From NCBI GenBank assembly GCA_051362555.1, contig CM120643.1:12622644-12686643 (forward strand): a stretch of 64,000 nt of DNA, in the 5' to 3' direction. The position numbers were made by a program, and so were the translations under genes. The notes under the pieces are model-generated. The model saw only the letters and a program-made list of their open reading frames with translations. It had not been told where the DNA came from and did not search any database. Of the stretch, positions 14,065 to 28,098 are shown piece by piece. The stretch is from Lingula anatina (taxonomy: Eukaryota; Animalia; Brachiopoda). Numbering within the stretch: the first letter of the stretch is position 1; every line of letters begins with the position of its first letter.

Positions 14065-14211
14065 GGCCCCGTAAGTCGACAGCATCGCGCATTGCGACCG
14101 AGCGCAAGCGTCTCGATTCCATAACTCGCCCATACTCGCCCCATATAATACATTGTAGCCTCTATGTGGTATCGCTATTCGCAATACGCGATGCTTTCCA
14201 GTTACGGAGCC
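14065..14211. mobile_element. Harbinger/Tourist-like MITE
   Basis: About 33-bp imperfect TIRs GGCCCCGTAAGTCGACAGCATCGCGCATTGCGA versus reverse complement GGCTCCGTAACTGGAAAGCATCGCGTATTGCGA, with a 3-bp CTG direct repeat on both sides. Confidence 0.75.
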
Positions 14212-15913
14212 CTGGTTGACAGCTGTCTGCAGATTGCTCAGTTCTGCCCTCTACCAGGGCCACAGATTGAGTTTTCACATGATATTCCCAAATATGTCTC
14301 TGATTAAATAGATTGCCAATCTCTGTATTAATTGAGGCGACAGTGAAAATATCCACATAATAATAATAATAACTTCTCAGTCCTGCCTTTACCCCTGAGT
14401 CCACTGTTTTACCTCCAGGATTTTAGGTAGGAGGGTTCGGGGGGGGGGGGGGGGGGGGGGTTAAAAGAACTACCCTTTTGGCCGCAAAACGCCCGCTCTG
14501 TATTGAAATTTAAAGAGGGCTATATCTGTTTTATGTCATTTCTCAAGTTTGGATCAACTAAAGGAATAAAAAGGTAGAATTTTTCAGATAAAAAATTGAA
14601 ATTAATGGCCACGGGCCAATTCTCCTTCTCAAAACTAAGTCATGGAAATATCTTTTTATATCTACGTCACTGAATAACAGTTGAAAATATTATCGTTATC
14701 CTGGGTAGAGCAAAATTAAGATTAATACCGTTCTGCGGGTACTCTGAATGTATCATTTCTATCAAGATTGGCTAAATAAGTCAACCTGATCCTACCTGCC
14801 TTAAACGCCATAATATGATGTCACAATACTTTTTTTAATTATAATATTTTATGCAGCAAAACATTCCACTATAATACATTTCAATGCAATTAACAGGTTT
14901 ATAAAATAAAATTCTTAAAAGTTACAGTACTAAAAAAACACAAGCATTTGAAAATGAGGTCAAATAACATGATCTCGAAGTAAAAAGAGACAGGTAAATA
15001 AGCTGCGGGGATTTTTAGGCTATATAAATCTTGATTGTGGTAAAAATTAGGTGAAAACTCGATAATTAAGCAAATTTATGTTTATAATAAGACAGCATCC
15101 ATTAATGGGTTTAAAGTTATAAGCTAACTTTCTATATTTTCCAACATTTGGGTGACTATAGACGAGCGTAGATGACGTGGTTCATTCTGAGATATAGGAC
15201 ATAAGTATAGGAGCAGACATGGCAGGCTCTCTATTAGCCCGAACCTTCAATACTTCGTACATTTAAGAAAAAATCTTGTTTTCTGGCGAAAGACCGGTTT
15301 TAATATTGCTGCCAATCTGTTGGACATATATGTGTAACCCACCGCTGACAAAATCACTCGGTTCACATATGCAGTCAGGTTGGCGGGTGCGCAGCAGGAC
15401 GCACGTCAAAACACATTTTCCTGTCAGATTCATTAAGATTAGTCTTGTATGTGAGTGCGCATATGCGTCTACCGTTCAAAAGTAAGACGGAGACTGTATA
15501 ATGTATTGTGCCACATAACTTACTTGTGGCTGTAGAAACAACGATATCGATGTAATTGCATTAATTACGCAATTAAGATTATTATTTCCGTCAATTTCAA
15601 TCGGTGCACAGTGTCACGTATTTGCTTTATGAAATATTTACTTATGAACTACACATTCTCAAATCTTCGACTGTTATTCTAATATTAATTAAGCGACTTA
15701 GGATTCTTGGCAATTAATAAAGCGTTATCAGATACAATGGCTATAAGAATTCCTTTTAATACCAAACAACAGACTGTCACAAAATAATGCATTTTGAAAA
15801 CTGGCACAAAATAATGCATTTTGAAAGGAGGGAGGATCCACGCTTCGCCAAGAAAAAATGCCTGGTTAAACGGACTGATTAAAGGACTGTGTGAGTGTGA
15901 GTGTGTGTATGTA

Positions 15914-15944
<31 letters not shown>

Positions 15945-18900
15945 AGAGAGAGAGAGAGAAACTTAGACAAACCGAAGAGTACATGCACCTACATAAAAAA
16001 CTATAAAACAAATTATGTTATACCGAAGTTATGCCTACCATTCTTTATGCTGCTGTTTCTCAATCATCTCCGCTATGTCAGGTTTTCTGTGGATATTAAC
16101 TTGCACTTTGAAATTGAATATATCCTCCAGAGTCACCAGGCCCTCCCCTTCGTCATTTCGCTGTCCCCCTGGGGCAGTGGCAGGGCGCTGGTACTTCCCC
16201 GCCTGTCTCCACATGACGTGACGTATTTAGATTACATTCATATAGGATATTTCAGCATCCAACGTTATGTTCAAGTTTTATCAGTCCGAAAAGGGCGGGT
16301 TTTTTCCCATAAAGGCTGTCCTTAGTATGGCACCAATTTTGAAAAGTCAGAACAAACAGAGCAGTGATACATTTATAACTCTTCAAGTGTGGTTGAGATG
16401 GGTTCTTGAAGCCCGTCAACTTGACCCTAGCCGCGCCGAAAGTGCGTATTCCGTCGCCTTGATGTAGGCTTATCTGTAATGTAGGTCCGTTTCGGAATAC
16501 TGTAAATACATAAACCTGTGTCTTTCCATCTGTTTACACTGGGAAATATCCAAGAATGGCTATGTTTGTTATTTTAAAAAAAATGCCACAAAAACTCTGA
16601 GATATTGTTGTTGACTTTAGATAACCATCAACCCGAGTGAGGAGAAATCGTTGATGTCAACAAAGCCTTTTTAACGCCATGAATATTAGATCCAATATTC
16701 GTATATTTTCTTTCTGATTGAAATACAATGGCCATAGAAACGATATCGAATCAATATGAACGCAATGTGAAACGATATGATATGTCAAACATAAAAAGGA
16801 ACTTTCCAAGGCAACCGTTGTGTCTGGGTTGTATATTCCATTATAAAATCTGATTATTAAAGTGTTTCTTAGCGATAATTTGTCCGTTGGATATTTACAA
16901 TACAAAATCCTCTCTGATGTCAGGTGTTAGATTTCGCGAAGATATTAAATCCAGAGGAGTCATAAAACCACACACACCCTGCCCGATGGTCTTGCAAGCC
17001 CTTTGATGTCAGTTTTTGGTCGCGCGCAACAACACCATCACGACGCAAAACCCACGTGTCAGACTGTATCCCGTGCACCTCTGATATGATATGAACAACT
17101 TCATCAAAAGAAGGATCTATCGAGTGATATTATTAGTTATTTCATCGATCTATCGCGCCAAAGAGTTGACGAAGGGATCTGATCTCGCTCCAGAAGCACC
17201 ACACAAAGAGAAGATGTCAATACCAGGTGGGGGCCTCTGCTCGTTACTAATTGTATTTTCGATGACTTATCGTTGATTCGATATCACTAGGTGCGTTCAC
17301 ACCACACAAAGTGTAGACAGTTAATTCAATGTATTATAGGAGGAAAGAAGCGTCTCACAAATAGACTAGAGCTGTACCGAGTCAGAAGCTACCGTACTTC
17401 AAATTAATTTACGACAGGTGTTAGTAACCTAAGCATGAACGCAGCCAGTCTCTAGTTAACCTGGTGGATGCTTTGTCACCTGTGTATTTGGCACCTGTGC
17501 ATTTGTTACTGTTCACAGATCGAATTATCCATCTGATAGGATAATTGCTTCAGGTCATGTGGACGTAATCGTTTCTTTTTTTTTAAACATATTTAAACAA
17601 CTTTAACTTTCGTTTTTTATCTCCAATGCCTCGGCATTTATAGATGTTATTTGCATGAATCGATGTTTAAGTCTTGGAACATTTCTAGTGAGTTAGATGA
17701 CCTTTAGCAAAGCTCATGATTAGGCCTAAAGATTAATTACAGGGACGAACAGGCACTTAAGGTTTGGGAAATTACCAGGAAATTGGAAGGTTTCCACGAG
17801 GAGGGGCCCTAATCCTCAGTCATGGAAGGGTCCCTTTGCCGTGCCTTCCTGGTGGGGTCTTCCTTCCTTTTTTTATTTATTTATTTGTTTGTTTGTTTAT
17901 TTCTTTATTGCGTCTTTAAACTAGAAATATATGTCGTTAGTTTAAATGATTGAAATCAGTTCTTATAATGGACTGAGGGTGTTTGACCGGAAAATAGTGG
18001 ACGGCCAACTCTTTTACCTAACAATGAAGATGAAAAGACAATTCACACACTTTTAAAAGATGGTTACTGCATCTTTTTAAGGTGAAATTGGTGGCGAAGT
18101 TAAGGTGTTTGGTTGTGAAAAATTAAGCTGTGGATCTGGTAGAGGGTATACCCCTAGTTCCCTAGCACAACTGTACCCCTAAACCCCATGTTTTTATCCC
18201 AACTACTGCAATCTTCTCCAAGCACAGCAGACACACGGCACACAGCTGCAGAGATCTCAGGAAGACCTGGGGGAGGGGGGGGGGGTGGTGCTGAGGAACA
18301 CTGGAGATAGTGGGTTGTTACTCTTGCCCAGACACCAGCTGATCGATTACGTCGATTCTAAACACAAATGCTCACAGTACAGAAAAGTACACATGATAAC
18401 CCAGAGGAATATCTATGAATATCTAGTGAGAAAATCAATATGTGGTCCCGGCTGGGGGTAGTGGACTGAAGGCCCAGCTTGCAGTGGGAAGCAAATGGAA
18501 CAGCAATAAAATTTCACTGGAAAAATCACGGAGAAAGCCAAGACCTCCGCCTAGGCAGCTCGTTTCTTGTGATTAAAACGAAGTTAACCGATTTCAACGG
18601 TTAGGCCTATTGTTTGATTTATTAATGGATCACTATAGGGCAAACTTGCAGAATTAATCATACATACGGCATTCCGTGTTGTATGGATGTGCATTATATT
18701 TGTCCATTTTTTTAACTTTTCGAAAATTTAATTTGATCAGCGATTTAATCCTTCAGTTTTCATTCAGTTGAAATGTGAAGAGGTAACAACCCGGGGACTG
18801 TAAGCCTTGGACACTAGGGTGATTATCTGCCACAAGAGGGAGCTGCGTAATGTAGTTACATATAGGAATATTTATTGAATCTTACGCGCCAGCCTGTATA

Positions 18901-19929
18901 TATATAGGCCTACATATAAATATATAAAAATGTGACTATATTTCACTACAAAACACTAAGCTACAATACAACAACTATATCTGCCAACTCATCCCATTCT
19001 AAACATTTGAATGTGGTCATTAGCGAAACCATTCAAGCCAAAGGTCAGTCAGGTCCAACTACTGCCCACCGAGTCATGGCAGGTCCCGGCTTACGGGTTG
19101 TTTTCTTACTTGGCAGCGTGGGTCACCTTGAGATTTTTCAAGGGCACAGTATAGTCATCTCATCTAAGATGGCTAAAAAAAGGACAGGGGTGTTATGCAC
19201 TCTCTCACCGCGACTTGCAGATGTAACTGGCAGATTTGATTTATCTATTTTCATCCAGTTGTTGCCTTGGAAACGGTGTCATCACCATATTTCTTGCCCA
19301 CTTTGATAAAGTGGTATTGTTTGGGAGGGGGGGGGAGAGGATGTAAGGAAAGGGTAATTAATCAGTTTATTTAATATGTATTTATGTATGTGTGCAATCT
19401 TATGGTACATAGGTGCGCATGGTATCGACTTCAACTTTTATTGTGATGCGAAGTACAAACCGCAATGCCTTTTTATTCTTTCATACTCTTTGTTAATAAC
19501 TTTCCAGTTGGTTCCTGCGCCGCTTTCTCTCTATGTTTATCTCTACCTCATTCAATCTCCAGCAGCCTACCATGACGAAATTTCAATCCATAAAAGTAAA
19601 ACAAAAACATTCTCCGCTCCTTTTATGTTCACGGCTGTAAATTACTAACATCACACATTGCACACTGTGAATTTGCCGATTTTGAGCTCTCTGTGGAATG
19701 GGCAACACTACACAAACCAATTCATCATTTCATCATATGACAGTTACATTGATATTGCAGCAGCATATAATGGCCAGGAGGAGGTAGCTATCATGGATAT
19801 GCATTACAAACTTTCTGGAGGCCTTGAATATCGACAGAGGAATGCACAGACAATTTTTCTTTACGTTTTCCATTATTTGATTTTTTCAAGGCCATAACAA
19901 AAGGAACAAGAAAAACACTCAGAGACCTT

Positions 19930-20149
19930 GTAAATAACGTCTGTGACGTGTACCATTAAAACTGGCCAAGATGCAATGACTTCTGCTTGCGAAGCTTCGA
20001 CATAGCGTGTTTCAATGGTAACTGGTATCACACACACACACCCATCCCTCCTCACCAAATAATCTCATCATTTCTTCCTTGGCCCATTTTTGACCTACCG
20101 ATATCCGGAAAATTCCATCAAACCCGTCAGCATAATGCTTCAAGCAGAC

Positions 20150-20181
<32 letters not shown>

Positions 20182-20218
20182 GGGAACAAAAACTTAGCAT
20201 CCTTATCGGAGGTACAAT
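19930..20218. mobile_element. Possible Helentron/HINE-like non-autonomous element end
   Basis: A (CTAA)n tract (20152-20181) is followed by AAAAACTTAGCATCCTTATCGGAGGTA, resembling the widespread ..AACATAACCTCCTTGGCGGAGGTA hairpin terminus recalled from animal repeats. The left boundary is uncertain. Confidence 0.4.
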
Positions 20219-20504
20219 TGTTTCCCATGGAAATAAGAATATCCCCTAAAAATAGGAAAAACAGATCTTGATGACACAAATTAAGATTGCAAATGAAAGC
20301 ACTCTTCGGTAAGTTTCTTCAAAACCAACCACATCATCTTTCAAAGTAAAAACTTTGAAATAACGAATCCCAAAAGTGAGAGTAATAAATTCATACTATC
20401 AAGCCTCATGAGTATTGATTCTGTTACGTTATGAAACCTCTTATTTATTGATATAAGTACAGCGCCGTTTAATAACGCATTAAGATTAATGAATGATCAT
20501 CAAA

Positions 20505-20850
20505 TACCGAAAATGAGGTTTTTCGTGCTTCTAATTATTGGATAATGCAACTACCTTTTTGATGATTAAAAAGCATGAAAATCATCTCAAAAATATTAAA
20601 TATGGGCGTTTATATTTCTCTCTGCTAAGCATAAGCACCTGCATAGGTGTCGACAAGTGTATGCACTTTCATGCAATACTGTCATTTGGGATTAAATGTT
20701 TTTTTTTCATGGATTTATAAGTCTTTAATTACAACGCATCATTGAACAAAGGCATTACCTTGTCTTTAAAGGATAAAAAGCTTTTAAGAAAAGAAGCTGA
20801 CAATATTTTGAAGTACTCAATGGTGTCAATTAATTGGCTTTGAACGGTGT
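20505..20850 (+). repeat. Dispersed repeat family B, copy 1
   Basis: Shares colinear blocks with 28914-29216: AAATGAGGTTTTTC, TGCTAAGCATAAGCA, GACAAGTGTATG, TTGAACAAA, GTACTCA.TGGTGTCA. Confidence 0.7.
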
Positions 20851-23800
20851 CCGTAATTGCTCAAGTGATATTTTGAAAAACCTACATGCGACAAATCCCA
20901 ATTATGAACTCACCACTGTCTTCCAAATCTCGCGAAATCTCGCTTTAAGTCGCTATACCTTGGACTTTCTCATTGTTCCCGCGCAGGCTCTTAGGGGCCA
21001 TGGTAGGTCATGGATGGTAGTTGAACTTCTGGCACAGAGACTTCTATATTAAATACTTAGTGCTTGTAGCAGTGCGTCCGACTGTGCGCGTGGTATTTCT
21101 GCAATCCAGGGTTGGGGTCATGGCCACAATACTGGTAACTCAGGAGGAAATAATATAGCCGCCGTTATTATTGTAGGACGTCGACGTTAAATTAAAGCAC
21201 GATGTATATAATAATATTATCAGTGGATTTTTACATGGCATGTTCCACAAAAACCCTATGCTTAAAAAATATACAATTGTTTAAAGATTTCTGACATCAA
21301 TTTAAAGTACATTATAATATTATGTGAAGTAACACGCAATTAGGCTATTGGACGATAAGGTGGCTGATAAATGTTGGGTGGCTGTAATAATTTTTTCTCA
21401 AGGCACATGTTATTCTTAAATGTAGCTGGTCTTTTTTTACCCATCATGACATTCACCTGTCAAGAATGCAGCTGTTACATGTTCCGTTTGTGCTAATATT
21501 TATATAAACACCAGCATATTGCTAATGTCTCTGCGGCTAGACTTTATGAGTTGTGATCCTGGCGGAGTAAGGCGCCATGGGAATATTAACCAGTGTGAAT
21601 TATATCTGTCAGTCCGGTATTTGATATTAATTCTAATGTGCTGGAGACCGGTTTTACCAGTGGAGGGATAATTTCCTACGTTAGAAAGGACAAAATTGAT
21701 AAGTTGGTTAAAGAGCGTGACCGATCCATGTTCTGAAATTTTACAGCCTATTTTTTTTTTTTCAAAATAGAAACAAGCAGTAAAGATGTAAAATATACAG
21801 ATATAAAAGCAAATTATGATGCACAAAATAGGCTATTTGGTCAATTATGATGCAATTTTACATAACACCAAAATCAACACCGAATTTTATAGTTAAGTTG
21901 CCCGTTTACAAACGAATACAAACAATGTATGTCATCGATCCTCTTTATAGAGATTCGCCGCCCCGTTGGATATTCAAAGCGAACAAGAATTTGCATTGAC
22001 ATTTGAATGACCTTAAAAGGTCAAGGTAAAATGTGCTTTATTGCTTTTGTAAACTCTGTCAAAACGTATCCAACACACAGTAAGGGAAAGGGGCCTAATA
22101 AAAAACACAATGCATTGGCAAAAACTTTTAATCAAAAACGTGGGGTTGGATGAAGGTTGTGGGATAAAAGGTTCTGACACACTTTCACTAAAGTATTGTA
22201 AAAAAAGACGTTTTATGAATTGCATATTTTAAAAGAAGTTACACATGCTTCGTGAAGGCCTTAAATTGTTTCAGCTTCATTTTTATGAAACTGGAAAGAA
22301 AAATTTTACACAAGGATGACCTTGAGGTCAATGTCAGTGTTGCTCAAATGTTGTTGGAGAAAATATATCAAAACTGCGTTGTTTAGAAGAGGTTTTTATT
22401 GACAAAAAAAGACAACAAGCATGGAGATAAAAAGCTTACAACTTGTTTATCACAAAGACCTGAAAAAATCTGCTCAAATGCAATCCTGAAGATTAATTAA
22501 AAACCGCCAGCTTCTGCCAGGTATTGTGATTTCCTAAGTTCACATCATTTTTGTAGTTTTAATATCTTTGGAAGACTACAGGTGTATGAAAATAAACATG
22601 GTACCATATATGTCAGTGTATATGGGAAAACAGAAAAAACTGAATACAAAATTAGGATATATATGAAAAAAATATATAAAGTCTTATATGTCTTTGTCCG
22701 ACTAAGAATGTGCAACTGTACTAGAAAGTGTGCAAAAAAGAAAAAAAAATACTATGCTAATAATGCTCTTTCTGGAATTTCGATACTACTAGAGTTTGCT
22801 TGTTTTTAGTCTTTTGAGGATCTCTTAACTCTAAAATCATTTGACCACTTCAGCAGACAAGCTGTGACATTTTTGGAACAATTCTAAAACATTCATTTAG
22901 TAGTTTGTAAATAACATTTATAAACAAAACAGAATCTCTTATCCACAATTCAAGTTCAGGTATTTTGACAGAGGTGAGAGATTTTTTACATGGGATTGCA
23001 TCTGTAATTATCATAGTACAGGTATTTCTTTCTTCACATAAAATGTGCCATGAAATTATTATAAAAGAATGTTAAAACAATTATGGAAAGACTTATCAAA
23101 TTATATAAAAGCTAACTAAAGGTATGTACAGTCGAAGATACAGTTATTGCTGACTTGCTTTCATGCAGATGCTAACATCACTACCGGGGCAATTACTGCT
23201 TGGTGACCTCGACTTCGTTACTAGAATAAAGTACCAGGAATCGAGTTGTGATGGTGGGGTTATACCTTTTCTTTCTTGCTGTGCATATTCGATCATGCCT
23301 CTGCATCCTGAGGCATGTATGTATCGGATTCGATGTGCAAGCTTAATTTTAAAGCAGATCCCACCCATCGATCACTTCTTCATTGGAGGAGGTGAAAAAA
23401 TAGGTGACATCTTACGACGTCCCTTAAAAAATCAAAAACCATTCCTTTGGATTTGTATTGAATCTGTACATGTAGTAATTCTGTTGATAGGCTACTTGAT
23501 CACACTGATCAGTGAGCGAGATCTGCTGTCGCCACTGAGAGAGATAAAGCCATTGGCTATTTAATTTGTGGCATAAAAAAACGACTAATATTGACAGTCC
23601 ACGAAAAGGGGGTTTGTGCCCCCCCCCCCTCCCCACCTCCCCACACACATTAAAATTTGGAACCATTTTACGAGCAATGTGGCCTAAATGTCCACAATTT
23701 GCGTCCAGCTTCGGAGAAGTATGACGCATGTGCAGTAAACCCCCTTCCTCGATAACGACATCCCAAGTGACAATAAAACTATGTGTTATATATATAAGCA

Positions 23801-24227
23801 AAAATAGTTAATTAGCTTGGTAGTTGGATCACAAGCTGAAATATTTTCATACCGTTATGACTGATGCGATTAGATGTTTGTTACTCGCTGACCGTTAGGT
23901 GGTATAGCGGCCAGGACCCTCTTATAAATATCATGCATATGCTCTACATCTAACTGCCCATACAAATGTTACCACTTAAACTTGTCATCTTAATTCTGCC
24001 TTAATGCTTATATTATATTAGTTAAAACTGAAACACATGTAGGCCTACATAAAAGTGTAAATAATAATCTTGGTTTAATTCTCACACACATAGTCAACTG
24101 TGCTATGTAAAAATATGTAGTTTCATCAGTAATTTTTAGTGTTTACACAAAAATTAGAATAAAAAATCTCTTTAGTGTGTAACGTCATTAGATCTACATT
24201 CATTGTGGTCAAGGGCAATTCTGCTAT

Positions 24228-25039
24228 TTAATATCGACGACCAAAGTTGAATGCTGCAAAGAGTGCCAAGATGGCGACCAGCAGGGCGTTGGCAGGAACA
24301 CGAACGCTTGAATTGCACTTGTCGCCGTTGCATATGCATGTGGTGACTGTATTGCCGCCGGCTGAAGCCTCCACGCATTTGTACTCAGAGACTAGCATGC
24401 CGCAGGACCTGATCACGGTTGTTTGCCCTAAAAAATACAATCAGTAATTGGAGGGGGTGTCACTGCTTCCGGGAAGTTCACCGGGTCACCTTGGCAACCA
24501 GCTAGGGTAACGAGGAGCATCGGGGAGGGGCGGGGGGGCGAAAAAGAACTCCAACTTTGGCAGAAAGAGGTCTGCTCTGATTAGAACTTGTTATATAGAA
24601 CTGAACTGAACTGAAAACAATATATATATATATATATATAATTTTTTTTTCTATGCAATTTCTGTCTTTTCAAGTTGTGTAATCTAAGGCGGTAAAAGTT
24701 CACATTGTTAGGAAATGGCCCTTTTGAAATTGCTGACATTAGGCATGAGCGTATGAAAAGGGGTCGCAGAGGGTTCTGTACACAAAAGAGATTGCCCCAC
24801 CGGCAGTGCGAATAATAAGCCTTCTAAATACAAGTTGTCTTTTTTTTTTTTTTTTTTGATAAGCTAAATTAAATGAAGCCGAGTATGACAAAATTAAACC
24901 AACCTACCATTGCTGAGTTCGGTTTTAACTTTAGAACAAGCGTTGTTGATGGCCCCACAAGTATCTGGAGTTTTATTGGAAGTATCAAACGGGTCGTCGC
25001 ATTCGGCACCCACACAACTGTAACACTGAAGCGCTGAGC
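24228..25039 (-). CDS. Ly6/uPAR three-finger, GPI-anchored protein (quiver/sleepless-like); exons 2-3
   Basis: Exons 25039-24908 and 24427-24228 joined by a phase-1 GT-AG intron give SALQCYSCVGAECDDPFDTSNKTPDTCGAINNACSKVKTELSNGQTTVIRSCGMLVSEYKCVEASAGGNTVTTCICNGDKCNSSVRVPANALLVAILALFAAFNFGRRY*. It has 10 Cys, an LxCYxC start, a CxCxxDxCN end and a hydrophobic GPI-type tail. Confidence 0.9.
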
Positions 25040-26110
25040 CTGAAAACAAATGATAGACAGCTTATTCACTTGGTATGTTATTTAAAAAACTTGACATTTT
25101 GATATTTTACTTTCGAACAAAATCGCAACTCCAATGCTCTGTCCTTGTGTTGATGAAAAAAACATTGATGCAAATGACACGGAAATTCTGGGACCCATAA
25201 TGCATTAAGACGGTGGTGATATATTTTTGGGCAACTCTATTCCATAGATCTTTTATGTTTTTACTTGCTAAATAAGTCAAATGACCCAAGCAAATAATTA
25301 TTGTAATAATAAATAAATTCACGAAAACCACATTAAAACAAACTTGATTCTTTTGAATGCCAAGTAATTTACCTTCTGTCATATGTGCTACATGACTATG
25401 TGACAGAACATTTGAATACTTTACAAGAGAATACATCGGGCACAACACAGAACATAAGAGTACATCATACCAGGGAATTATATCCGATATAATTCCCTGG
25501 TCATACCACACATTGCAATTTCACCAATTTTATTTCAAACAGTGCATTGCGTTTGCTACACAGATCATAGATAGACCAAGAAGTTATAAAGTTATAACTT
25601 CTTGGGTTGTTCAATGACACACTGGTCTGGTCGATATTATACGTATTATATGCAGGCTTAATTTCAAGGAAAACGATCGATGACCAAGTCGACAGAACCT
25701 CGACCATTGCTTTGGTAATGTATCAACATGCATGGTCGGTGCATATGCATGGGGTCGGTGCGATACTACATGTATATGTATATGTATGGTCCATCTGAAT
25801 ACCGGGTACTTTGCACTATCATATAAACACTCGTAACAAATGTAAGTGTTACTGACAATGCTGGATAATCCTGGCAATATTTCGATGACAAATTGGAAGA
25901 TTTTTATTTCCTTGTTTTCCTCTCCGGTAACTACACACAGGGCCAAGAAACGAAACAAAACAAAACCAAACCAAAAACATCAATATTGCGAAGTTTTAGA
26001 GGGGCTGCAGAGAGTTGCCAGCACGGACAAGAGCGCTATTGCCGGTGCATTGTGCACTTTTCATGAGAACTCTTGCGTTAACAGTTCTATATACGTTTTA
26101 GTGCGTGTAC

Positions 26111-26207
26111 TATATATGCTAAGTAGTAACGCACCAACGATAAAGGTCCGAAAGGTGAAGACATCTGTAAAATGGCGTTCAGCCTGTGCAGCTGGTACAT
26201 CTGCCAT
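26111..26207 (-). CDS. Candidate signal-peptide exon 1 of the Ly6/uPAR gene
   Basis: MADVPAAQAERHFTDVFTFRTFIVGALLLSIY, 97 nt, phase 1, joins in frame to the exon at 25039 and supplies a hydrophobic stretch. The donor (GTACAC) is weak. Confidence 0.35.
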
Positions 26208-27357
26208 GTGCCGAAGCTGTCAGATCTCTGTCTACCATCTCACCTTCTTTTGTTCACACTGCTGAAATGCCATTACCTATTTTACCCCGCGGACAGAGTT
26301 GTGAATAAGGTTTGAGTCACCAGTGGAAGACCGCTATGGGCGCCATTTCACTGTAATTAACCTACATCCATATTATTTGTTTTATATATGGACAGTATGG
26401 TACAGCGACGGTAGATATAAAAAACTAAAGGATAGGAGTAAATTAACCGAGTGCTACATATGTAACACAGGAATTTTCCTTCTATACTGGTATTAGAGAA
26501 GAAAGTTCACGTATTAGAATCTGGTTCTATATTGTTCTGGTTCAGATTTGAAGCTAATATGTTTCTGTGTTCCTGTGTCGGTGCTGTTTTAATTCACTGT
26601 TTTTTTTAAATGTTCTCTTAGATCAAGCGGAGAGCGGAGAGCGGAGAGAGAGAGAGAGAGAACAAAAAACCAGCACAGTTACTAGCTTATCGAGCTGAAT
26701 CTCATCCCAAGTATATAGTTCCTATTCACGCTAAATAAAAACTGAATGTATATGCCAGCCTTTTAGGTTTCAAATTACTAGTGCATTTCTATACTGTTTG
26801 GCGTTCTTTAAAACATTTTTCTTTCCCCCTTCCCCATTTCCATCTCTCCTTTGAACTCTGGATTTGTTTTGTGAATATGTGAATAAAAGAACTAATGAGA
26901 GAAAATGGTGAATTTCTGCTGAAACATATTTAAGGGCGTGGCTTACGAATTCACCCAACGTCATGGCTAAACCCTAAACACGACAAAAATTACACATATA
27001 AATATCAATCATGCAGAATCAAAAGGTTAAAAAATATAGAACTTACTGTATCCGAGGCACACAGCGACCAAGAAACCCACGAGAACAATTCTGTTCGCCA
27101 TTTTTGAATGCCTGCAGGTTTTGCTAGATCTAGAGACGTTCTTAATATAGCTCGTCCTTTCTGGGGTTCTACACTAAAATTATGCTTAGCGTTGACCGGG
27201 TTTCTGTAAACGCCAAGTACGGTGGCTCCTAAAGGTCTATGGTTTCCTATAATGGCAATTCTTAATATTCTATCCATCTTTTTTTCTCTCTTTTCTCAGA
27301 GTGATAAATAAGAGTGAGTGAGGCAGAGCGGGAGGGATGGGGGAGGGATGGAGGGAG

Positions 27358-28098
27358 GTACTCATTAGTAGGAATATCAGAGCTCAAAATGGTTGTTTCA
27401 TCCTCAGAACATTGTGTTTCTGCAACAAAACATTCTCAGCTGATATCGCCTTCCATCGGCAAGGATTAACTCTAGGCTTCATCATGACAGCGCACTTGCT
27501 CACAGCTCTCGGCTGGCAAGTAATTTGATGCAGAAACACAATGTTCTGAGGATGGGGCAACCAACCTTGAACCCTGATATTAAACCTACTGAGCACTTAG
27601 GACACTGATTGGAGTGTGCACTACGGAGGAAGACCAATCCCCAAATAATATGTAACAACTCCACCAAGCTCTTTAGGAAGAATGGGACAATATCCTAAAT
27701 TACAGGATTGTAACCCTTGATAAAGGCTTGTCGCGATAATAGCAGTTCGCGTTTGACACACACACACACATTCACTATTAGACACGTGCACGTGACCTTT
27801 ATAGGGCTCATCTTTATGCTAATTGTGTGTAAATTTGGCATTTGGTAGCGTCTTTTTAATTTAAAAGGCATTGCTTTAACTCTGTGTAAATCATAGAAAA
27901 ACATTGGATTTGAGAGGATACATGTTTGAATAAATGGCATAAAATCTTTACCGCTATTGGTATTTCCTGAGCCATAAATCATGTTAGACATGGTTTCTGA
28001 AATAAAAGCACTGTTTATCAAAATTTACAACAGTGACGTGATCATTTCAATAACAGCACATGGAATTAGAGGTGAGGCAACCTTTTTGACCAATGTTG
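27358..28098 (+). mobile_element. Decayed Tc1-family transposon, 3' part (transposase pseudogene plus probable right end)
   Basis: About 27477-27740 translates LHHDSALAHSSRLASNLMQKHNVLRMGQPTLNPDIKPTEHLGH*LECALRR and, after a frameshift, QLHQAL*EEWDNI. This is a degenerate version of Tc1 QHDNARPH..WPAxSPDLNPIEHLW..EEWxxI. It ends at ...TTTTGACCAATGTTG|TA. Confidence 0.8.

Noticed and set aside
14461-15400. TTAA-flanked Kolobok/piggyBac-like element (similar start at about 30399)
   Set aside because: A left-end-like sequence is present but I found no matching right TIR.
21060-21200. tRNA gene or tRNA-derived SINE (also a SINE-like fragment at about 43930-44040)
   Set aside because: No cloverleaf or clear A/B boxes; too degenerate to call.
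13200-23800. A hidden protein-coding gene in the 10-kb intergenic stretch
   Set aside because: No frame-consistent exon chain or recognisable motif; it appears to be mostly decayed repeats. Small or non-coding genes cannot be excluded by eye.
19261-24499. RFX X-box-like palindromes (GTTGCCTTGGAAAC at 19261, GTCACCTTGGCAAC at 24485; also 34205)
   Set aside because: Not at evident promoters, and such motifs are common inside invertebrate repeats.
26165-26274. Alternative Ly6 leader via a 79-nt intron (26243-26165)
   Set aside because: The spliced frame MAFQQCEQKK-MSSPFG.. hits a stop, and I found no suitable donor to the 25039 exon. It could still be a 5' UTR intron.
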